A stretch of DNA of 63,994 nucleotides, filler included, from Reclinomonas americana ATCC 50394 (Eukaryota): NCBI GenBank assembly GCA_048213135.1. It is 15 parts of 15 records of this genome, joined end to end, with 100 filler letters (N's around TTAATTAATTAA, not from the genome) between each part and the next. Parts side by side here need not be neighbours in the genome. Positions count along the whole stretch, not along the records: positions 47,904 to 58,508 come from AFZH01020056.1; positions 58,609 to 61,321 come from AFZH01020057.1; positions 61,422 to 62,526 come from AFZH01020060.1; positions 62,627 to 63,994 come from AFZH01020063.1; 11 more parts are not named here. The stretch is one strand, 5' to 3'. The position numbers were made by a program, and so were the translations under genes. The notes beneath the pieces were generated by a model. The model ran no database searches. It was not told the DNA's origin and worked only from the letters and a program-made list of their open reading frames with translations. The stretch's first letter is position 1. The number at the start of each line of letters is the position of its first letter. Below, in pieces: positions 51,201-63,994 of this stretch.

Positions 51201-53556
51201 GCGCTCACTATGCCTCACAGATACTGCCGAATGACTCTGGACAAGCGCGGCAACATTCGCATGCGCTCCGTAGAGCTCTTCCTATCCAACTGCGAGGCAA
51301 TTCGCGAGTTCAAGAGGAGTGGAATGACGACGGGCATGGACGTGTCACTGCTGAGCACACTGCTGTTGTTCATTTCATTTGTTCCTGTCGCTGCTTGCCG
51401 TGATGAAAATCTGCTGGAATGCCGCGTTCGCCTCGACCCAGTCACGAACAAGGACCGACTCGCAGTGCATTTGCTTGCTGACCCCGCCAAGGTAATTTTC
51501 TTCTTTTGAGTTGTCTCCCTTGATGGGTGATCTCATTTGTACTCTGTTTTGCAGATTCGAGCCGTGGAGAACTTGCGAGACGTGCGTCACCGCGTGTCCC
51601 ACCTGGCTCGCCTTTCCGCACTCGAAGACGCAGAGTATGTGAGCGTCATGCGGCTGGTTCGCGACTCGCTCCACACGCTGTTTCCCGACGGACAGCACGA
51701 GAGTATCTGTCTTCTCTTTCAAGCATACGAGAGTTTCGAAGGCACTCACCGTCTGCCTTGACATCTCGTTCTTCGATCTCATCTCTCGGGCACAGACGTG
51801 AGCCGCATCAACGTGACGGCCGAATTGGTGACGGAGAGAGCAGCCAGATTCGCCATTCGAGCTCCCGTGGTGCCGTACGCTGACCTGTCGAATTTGAGGC
51901 AGCTTGCAGTCGGTATGGTTCCTCGTTCACTACTTGCAAGCCAGCTGTCCCTAATCGTATCCCCATGTTCGCGTGCGCAGGTCAAAATGCTGTATTCCAA
52001 GCCTCTCTCAGTGTTGGCGGTGCATTGCAGACCGTGGCGTACAAGCGATATTTGATCAGGCACCAAGCTCGTGAATCGGAATCGGCGGACTGGAGACATG
52101 TTCACCAGTGCTTCGAGAACGAACACTCACTTCTCATGCAGCTTGAGTTGCGTGTTGTGGCGATCGCGCTTATCCTGTTGAATCAATCCTTCATGCCTTC
52201 CAGTGCAGCCATCCGCACGTTTTGAAACTAGTGGCCGTGTGCACCGACGATCGTCGTGGTCTTGGTCTTGTTCTTGAATATGTCGGTCAAGAAGACGAAG
52301 AGGAAATAGCGGAGACGCTTCACGATCTGGCGAAGGATGAGCATGTTCCAACTCATCAGCTGCTCTGCCTGCTTGTGCAAGTGGCATCGGCGGTGGTGTA
52401 CATGCACTCTCGGCGATTGGTGCATCGCGATCTGAAGCCGCAGAGTTGCGTCAATTAGAGAGGATGAGGAGGTGGAGAAGGAGACGAGTGTGAGATGCAC
52501 AGTATGTTCTCTGTCGCGTCACCTGCTCTCTGCTCGTTAGGCAGCGTATAGTGGAGTGGACACGAAGAATAGGTGTTGGGCATGGTGTTCTTTGGCGACT
52601 CCGTGTGGTGCAGGTAGCCCGAGCGAGCACGTCGTTCTTGCCAGTTAAATGCATATGAACAATAGCCAGGAAATCAGCAAAAGCAGACAGTAGTCGACAA
52701 AGGGGTGCGGACATACACTCGCATACCTGCTCTCACACCGATAGATAGAGAGGGATAGAGAGGCAGCATCGTGAGAAAGTTGGAATGACTATCTGCGAGT
52801 TTCCTGCGTGGAAATGTGAGTCTTTCTCTCTCGGGATACACAGAAAACAGGTCATTCTCTTCTCAATTGCAACGAGAGAACGAGTGGAGAGATGATGCAA
52901 AGGGGGTACAAAGATCTATTTCATCAAGTCCTTGTGTCTTTCTAGATCGCTAACCTCTCTCTGTGCATCTCGGCAGACATTCTCATCAGCGAGGATCGAC
53001 TCGTTGCAAAGGTGTGCGACTTCGGAGAGGCCAAATTCAACGGCACTCTCGGAAAGATGCAGTCCAATCATGGTACGGCGGCGTACGCTGCACCCGAGGC
53101 CATGCTGGATCAAGAGGTGTGTGGACGACTGTCGCTCGCTTGATGTTCAGCGAGTGAGACGTCACTCAGCTTTGGTCGCCTCTCGCAGTACGATGAACGA
53201 GCGGATGTGTATGGTCTCGGCTCACTGCTGTGGTTGATCGCCACACGCCAGGAGCCATTCCGTGGATCGACACTGCAGGCGATTCTACAGTGCATGCGCG
53301 AAGGCATCCCACCTGGCAACTTGGACGACGACGCTGTGAAGGCCACCGTGTCGGAGGACATTCGCAGTCTCATTCGACAGTGCTGGGTTGCGTGCTGCTG
53401 AAGTGGCTTGCTGTCGAGAGGCAAGCTCTGAATGTTGGTGCGATGCAGATGCCTCAAGCGACGCGCGTGTCGGCGTCGTATGTGCACGATGTGCTGAAGA
53501 GTTTGTGCGAAACAGCGAAAACAGAAGGCGAAGCGAGTGCGGCTGGGCCGTCGTAG
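48286..53556 (+). CDS. Gene A: ANK cassette x2 - coiled coil - HEPN (DZIP3-like) - TKL-type protein kinase
   Basis: ANK exons 48381-48991 and 49487-50106; coiled coil 50378-50949; MDVSLLSTLL...VENLRDVRHRVSH...LEDAEY (51019-51702); kinase VAYK, HRDLKPQ|NIL, DFG, YAAPE, DVYGLG; all junctions in phase. Confidence 0.85.
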
Positions 53557-53896
53557 TGAGCTGGCGAGTGGCGATTGGTGAATTAATAATAATCGAGATG
53601 TACTGAAGGGTTACGTTGGGCACATATACATACAGGCTGCGAGGAGCGGTAAAATATCGAGAAGAACGGCCGGAAGGTGAATGACGACAGTGAGGGAAAG
53701 TGTGGAAGTAAATATCTCCGGTGTTCGTGAGGAAGCGCAGCGGCTTCTCTGTTTTTTTTTTCTGTGTGTGCTCCCACTTGCCGCCTTTCAGTACACTCCC
53801 TTCTCCTGTCTCTTCGAATAATATAATGGTTCGACTGGGTTTCTGTCCTGTCCGTCGTTGTTGTGCTATCACCTCGTCATTGTGAGTGCAAGCACA

Positions 53897-57779
<3,883 letters not shown>

Positions 57780-58884
57780 GAGAGAGTACTTTGACGATTG
57801 TAGTTGTTGAGGTGATGAATGATGATGTGCTGGCAGAAGAGGAGAGTGTGTCCTCACCTTGCCGTTTCGCTTCTATTGGCTTCTCTCTTGCGGTGGTGCG
57901 CGCGATGAGTTCGAACCGATATGAACCGATATGCACTTCGCGCTGCACTTCTTCAGTTGATGTGCCGAAGATCACACGTGCAGAATCGGTTGCTTCATCG
58001 CCGACACGCTAGTGATGGGTTGTACACCTCGCTGACAGATGACTTTACGATGTTTCTCTCTGTTTCTGCAATGTTTCTTTTCTTCCGGTGCTCAACCAAG
58101 ATGGTAATCATAACGCAGCTGTGTTGCTGCTTGGATAGTCGCTGTTGTTGCTGTCATCGTCGGTGTTGTTGGCGCTGCACTGTGAGGTTACTCGGCAACG
58201 TCGAAAGTGAAGATGACTGTTGGAGAAGAAATTATGTGTTTTGTATATTGTTAGTGTGCCAAGGTCATTGTCGGCAAGGGATTGTGGGCGTTCGTCTCAT
58301 TATTGGAATGTGGTGAATGAAGTGTTTTGTTAGTTTGCATGTCTTCGAATTCGACTTTCTTGTGCTGTTTCTGTGATGTCCCCGTTTTGCTGCTGCTCAA
58401 TCAACATGCGTTAGTCATAACGCAGTTGTGTGGCTGTGTAGATCAGTGAAGTTGTAGTTGGACGTGCCGGGGACATCGGACATCGAATTGGTTGCTGATT
58501 GATTACAGNNNNNNNNNNNNNNNNNNNNNNNNNNNNNNNNNNNNNNNNNNNNTTAATTAATTAANNNNNNNNNNNNNNNNNNNNNNNNNNNNNNNNNNNN
58601 NNNNNNNNCAAAAGAGTGTTGAGAGAGAGCATGCAAGGCGCGAAAGCAATCACTCTTCTCTCTTGCACACACACTCTGACTGTGTGTGCAATAGTGTGTC
58701 ACAGAGACACATTGCAGTCTATTCTCACTCTCTCTGCCTCTCTCTCTCTCTCTCTCTCTGTCTGTCTGTCTCTGTTGCTGTCCCGCTCATTTAACTCACT
58801 CTCCTCCTTCTCTCCTCTCTGCCTGCTTCCTCTGTTTCCTCCAACTCATTGTCTCACTCTGCGTCCCTCTGTCTCTCTCTTGCC

Positions 58885-59710
58885 TCTCTCACACATTTGC
58901 TCACAATCTCTGCCTCTTTTTTGACACTGTGACCGTCTCATGTATGACTCACTCTCCTCCCCTCTCAGTCCTTCTCTCCTCCCCTCTGTCTGTTCCTCCA
59001 CTCGTTCCCCTTCCTTATCTTTCTCGCCCTCACTCTTGCCCCCCCGTTTTCACTGTGTCGCTCTTCTGCGTCACCTGCCCTCTCACATTTTCTCACCTCT
59101 CCTCCCTTCTGCCTGCTTCCTTTGTTTCCTCCGACTCACTGTCTCACTCTGCGTCCCTCTCGCCCTCTCTATCTCTCTCTCGCCCTCTCTATCTCTCTCA
59201 CATTTGCTCACAATCTCTGCCTCTTTTCTGACTCTGTTTCCCACTGTGACCGTGTCATACTCTTCTCCACTCTCAGTCCTTCTCTCCTCCCCTCTGTCTG
59301 TTCCTCCACTCGGTCCCCTTCTTTATCTTTCTCGCCCTCACTCTTGCCCCCCTTTTTTCACTGTATCACTCTTCTGCGTCACCTGCCCTCTCACATCTTC
59401 TCACCTCTCCTCCCTTCTGCCTGCTTCCTTTGTTTCCTCTAACTCACTGTCTCACTCTGCGTCCCTCTCGCCCTCTCTATCTCTCTCTTGCTTCTCTCTC
59501 TCTCTCACACACACATTTGCTCACAATCTCTGCCTCTTTTCTGACTCTGTTTCCCACTGTGACCGTCTCATGTATAACTTACTGTCTTCCTCTCTCAGTC
59601 CTTATCTCCTTCCCTCTGTCTGTTCCTCCACTCATTCCCCTTCCTTATCTTTCTCGCCCTCACTCTTGCCCCCTTTTTTTCACTGTGTCACTCTTCTGCG
59701 TCACCTGTTC
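58885..59710. repeat. Intronic pyrimidine-rich tandem repeat, about 310-bp unit x about 3
   Basis: CACATTTGCTCACAATCTCTGCCTCTTTT recurs at about 58890, 59200 and 59512. Confidence 0.85.
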
Positions 59711-60595
59711 TCTCTCACTCCTCCCACTGCTTCCCTCCTCTCTCCCACTCTCAGTCTCACTCTTCGTCACTCTCGTCCTCATTCTCTCTCTCTCTCTCTC
59801 TGCCCCTAATTCCTCTCCCTTGCAGTTTCTCTTGCTGCCCATCGGTAATACTCTCTTCCTTGAATTCCACTCGCAGTCATTCTCCTCTCTCTCTCTCTCT
59901 CTCTCTCAAGGTCTCACTCTGCCTCCTCTCCCTATCTCTCTCTCGCCTCCTTTTCTCACCTTTGCTCTTGTTGCCCTCTCAATATATCTGTTCATCTTTC
60001 GCTTCTCTCTGCCCTTCTGCCTTCTCTCCTCGCGACCCCCTGCCTCATGTACCCCACATCCTTCTCCGCAGCCACCTTCAACTTTGCCCACTTCCTGTTC
60101 CTCCTTCACTCTTCTCCGCATTGCCTTTCGTCTCTCTGTGCAGCCTTCCATCTTCTGCCTCACTCACTCCACATCCTTCTCCGCATCCGCCTTTTCTTTC
60201 ACCCTTCGCCCTTGTCCTGCTCCGCCTTCAGTCTTCTGCACATCTTCTTTCGTCTCTCTGTGCATCCTCCTGTCTTCTGCTTCGCCCACTCCTCACCCTT
60301 CTCCGCAGCCACCTTCAACTTTGCCCTCTTCCTGTTCCTGCGTCACTCCTCTCCACATCGTCTTACGTCTCTCTAAGCATCCTTCCATCTTCTGCCTCGC
60401 TCACTCCACACCCTTTGTCCCGTATTGCCTGCTCTTTCACTTTCACCTCTCTCTGTCTCTCTGTCTCTCTCTCTCTCTCCCTGCACTCATCCCCTCTTGT
60501 GTTCATCTTGCCCTCGCCCTCCCTTGTCTCCTCCCGTCTCACCCCCTTCTCTTTCCCTTCTCACCCCCTCCCCCTCCCTCTTCCCCCTCTCACAG

Positions 60596-60738
60596 ACGGC
60601 CAACTCAGCCTCCACGGCGCCGAGCAAGCCACGCGCTTGCGCCAGTGGTTCGCCGGCGAGATTGTCGGCGAACGCGACACGGTGGTGCCCGTGCCACCGA
60701 CGGTCATTTACACCAGCGATTTGAAGCGCGCGTCGGAT
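60596..60738 (+). CDS. Internal exon of a histidine-phosphatase (phosphoglycerate mutase) family gene
   Basis: DGQLSLHGAEQATRL...VIYTSDLKRAS matches D..L...G..QA...SDL.RA; flanked by CAG and GT. Confidence 0.8.
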
Positions 60739-61975
60739 GTTGAGTCGGCGGGGGAGGAGTGAGAGGGAAGAGAAGGGCATGGAGAGAGAGAGAGAGAAAG
60801 AGGGATGGGAGAGAGTGACAGAGGACGCGATAAAGAGAGAGTGCAAATGAGACAGTGAGCGGCAAAGAGTGACAAAGGGGGGAGCGAGAGGGGGTAACAC
60901 TGAGACAGGAGAGAGGGCGAGTGAGCGAAGGACGAGAGAGCGTGGTGCGACAAAGCAATCGCAAATGAAGTCGGGAGAAAGAACGACCGCAGAGGAGCTG
61001 CCGAAGCTTAGAGTGGGTGGAAAGTGAGGAGAATACGTCGGCATTACAGCTCTTCTGCCTCCCTTTGTCTGTCTCCCGTGCCGTTTACTTCACTCGCTGT
61101 GCTCCGTGAATTCTCGGTCTTCATATCTCTTTCTCTCTGTCGCTTTCTCTTTCTCTCTTCTCTTCTCTTGTCTTCCACCACCCTCATTGCCCACGTCTAT
61201 TTGACTCGTGGCTCAATGCTCCTCCGTCTTCATCTCTCTCTCTCTCACTCTCACACACACACACTCTCTCTCTCTCTGTGTCTGTCTCTAACTCTCTCTC
61301 TCTTCTCTCTCTTCTTCTCTCNNNNNNNNNNNNNNNNNNNNNNNNNNNNNNNNNNNNNNNNNNNNTTAATTAATTAANNNNNNNNNNNNNNNNNNNNNNN
61401 NNNNNNNNNNNNNNNNNNNNNTCGAGGTCCACTCGACGTGGGAAGCAAAAATAACTTGTCAGGCGACGTACGCCTGGGCGGACAACGCAGTTTCAGCGTA
61501 TTCCACAATTGCAAATCCCGTTATCAGCAGGTACGCTGTACGCGCAGCAAGCGCACTCAACGATGTTAGCAAGCGGGACGAATTCATTGCGCGTCAAGCT
61601 GAGAGGAAAAACAATAACCGGATTCGGAGGGAAAAACTGCTAACTTCACACCATGCTTCTCTCAGTCGGTGGTGAGCAAAGAGGGCTATCTCATAACACG
61701 CGCAAAAGAAGGCAGTGTAAGAAATTCAGCAAGCGCGACGAATTCCACACGCAAAAAAAGCACAATAGGAAAAATCGATATCGATCTCACAAAAATCTCA
61801 CGTCCCTTGATCAGTGATGCACGAAAGTTGTCTTCCAACACGCACAGACCCTTTATTCAACCTTTTCAGCAAGCGCAACGAATTCCATGCGCGAAATTAC
61901 AAGAGAAACCATCAACGTCGCACACATGTCCCAAGTCCCGTAACGCCTCTCGCTTTTCGCCACAAAGTCTCAACG

Positions 61976-62253
61976 ATGACCGCCCGCACCACAGCTGGCA
62001 CAACAACAGCAACAGGAGGAGGCGGAGGAAGCTTAGTCACAGACAGTGTGACTCTCACCACGTCCACCACAGCAACCTCCGCTCGTCGTTTGCTGTTGCC
62101 TCTTCTCTTGCCTCCTTCCTCTACTCAGCAACAACAACAACAACAATCGAGTGTGGTCGGAGGGTACAATGAGCAGCATGCGAGTGCTCGCGATGCGGCG
62201 GCGATGGTGTGGCGGCATGCGTTGTCGTCTTCCGCGCAGTCGCAAAGGCGGAA
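61976..62253 (+). CDS. Probable first exon of an unknown low-complexity protein
   Basis: MTARTTAGTTT...QQQQQQQ...QRRK, then GT donor and GA-rich intron. Confidence 0.4.
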
Positions 62254-62396
62254 GGTTGGGAGTCGGAGGAGAGATGGTGAGTGTGTGAGAGGGAGGGAGA
62301 GGGAGAGAGAGGGAGAGAAGGAGGGAGAAGGGAGGGAGAGAAGAGTGAGCAGACAAACAGAAAGAAAGAGGAACAAAGTGAGAGAGAGTAAGGGAC

Positions 62397-62479
<83 letters not shown>

Positions 62480-62626
62480 TAGAGAGAGAGAGAAGAAGAA
62501 GAAGAAGAGAAGAAGAAGAGAGAGAGNNNNNNNNNNNNNNNNNNNNNNNNNNNNNNNNNNNNNNNNNNNNTTAATTAATTAANNNNNNNNNNNNNNNNNN
62601 NNNNNNNNNNNNNNNNNNNNNNNNNN

Positions 62627-63994
62627 TTGACTCTGATCGTTCACTGTTGAAACTAACAAAATGCAATTGAGAGAGATACTGGATTACACTCGTGCTCTTT
62701 GTTTCCTGTCGCCGACAGCTCCTCGTGAAGCCAGTCACCAGAGCTGAAGAGTACGCTCATAATCACAGCGTTGGAGAGTGACAACAACAGTGGCAACAAG
62801 AAAAAAAAAGAGAGAAATGCGCTTTAGTCGGAGGCTTCCAGTTCTTGAATTCTTGAACCACTCCTACTCAACCAGCTGCCGATCCCGATCCTACCTGCAC
62901 AAACCATCGAGAAACAAAAACCAATGCAATTGAGAGAGATACTGGAAATACACTCGTGCTCTTTGTTTTCCTCTCGCCGACAGCTCCTCGTGAAGCCAGT
63001 CTCCACAGCAGAAGAGCACGCACCTAATCACCACCAACCTGCCTTCACTCCGCTTTGGCGCGTCGTAGAGTTATCAAAAAAACTCGGACGGATGGATGGA
63101 CGAAGAGGCTTCCCTCTTCCGCTTCTCACCCTCCTCAGAGAGCAGTGGCCTCACACCACCACCACTCTCTCACTGTCTCTCTTTCAGCAATGATTGCACT
63201 CTTTGCTGCGGGCGCCACCGACGCCGCACCAGTGTTGGAGAGTGACAACAACAGTGGCAACAAGAAAAAAAAAAGAGAGAAATGAGCTTTGGTCGGAGGC
63301 TTCCAGTTCTAGAATTCTTGAACCACTCCTACTCAACCAGCTGCCGATCCCGATTCTATGTGCACACACCATCAAAAAAAGAGAAACCAATGCAATCGAG
63401 AGAGATACTGGAGTACACTCGTTCTCCTTGTTTTCCTCTCGCCGACAGCTCCTCGTGAAGCCAGTCTTCACAGCAGAAGAGTACACACCTACTCACCACC
63501 AACCTGCCTTCACTCCGCTTTGGCGCGTCGTAGAGTTATCCAAAAAAACTCGGACGGATGGATGGACGAAGAGGCTTCCCTCTTGCGCACTCGTTCGTTC
63601 CCTCTCAGAGAGCAGTGGCCTCACACCACCACTTTCTGTCTCTCTCAGCAATGATTGCACTCTTTGCTGCGGGTGCCACCGACGCTGCACCAGTGTTGGA
63701 GGTTCTTGAACCACTCCTAAACCAGCTGCCGACCCTGATCCTACCTGCACACACCATCAAGAAACAATAACCAATGAAATCGAGAGAGAGATACTGGACT
63801 TTCTGGAAGCACTCCTACTCAACCAGCTGCCGATCCCGATTCTGCGTGCACACACCATCAAAAAAACAAAAACCAATGTAATCGAGAGCGATACTGGAGT
63901 ACACTAATGCTCTTTGTTTTCCTCTCGCCGACAGCTCCTCGTGAAGCCAGTCTCCACAGCAGAAGAGCACACACCTAATCACCACCAACCTGCC
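62627..63994. repeat. Complex tandem repeat (satellite-like), about 465-485 bp unit with internal deletions/duplications
   Basis: GCCGACAGCTCCTCGTGAAGCCAGTC recurs at about 62711, 62975, 63441 and 63927. Confidence 0.9.

Noticed and set aside
58616..60590. Long Leu/Ser/Pro-rich ORFs; also ERERER and HTHTHT ORFs elsewhere
   Set aside because: Translations of CT/GA/CA low-complexity intronic DNA

Overview
The window is a concatenation of 15 contigs joined by artificial 100-nt linkers (N-run + TTAATTAATTAA + N-run), and it holds two unrelated sources. (1) 1-19540, three contigs: a GC-rich lambdoid/HK97-type siphophage, probably of an alphaproteobacterial host. It contains head-tail joining genes, tail tube, a G/GT chaperone pair with a canonical -1 slippery site, tape measure, tail tip, tail fibre, a PG-binding + GH19 endolysin and membrane lysis genes. 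A convergent early operon follows, with a PAPS-reductase/PP-loop gene and a C5-methyltransferase-like gene at its upstream end. (2) 19641-63994: an intron-rich, microsatellite-rich microbial eukaryote whose genes must be spliced by hand. These include a WD40 protein, EGF-domain secreted proteins, a beta-carbonic anhydrase, a RasGAP-LRR protein with a PP1-docking motif, a secreted CE4 deacetylase and a histidine-phosphatase exon. The most notable locus is 48286-57779, two tandem paralogous genes that share a duplicated ankyrin cassette. The four cassette copies vary almost only at the ligand-binding (DARPin-randomised) positions. They are coupled through a coiled coil to different effectors: a predicted HEPN RNase domain (Rx4H) plus a TKL kinase in one gene (RNase L-like logic), and an RLK/Pelle/IRAK-type kinase in the other. 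This looks like an undescribed protist innate-immune receptor/effector family. All gene models and family assignments are by eye; no searches were run.
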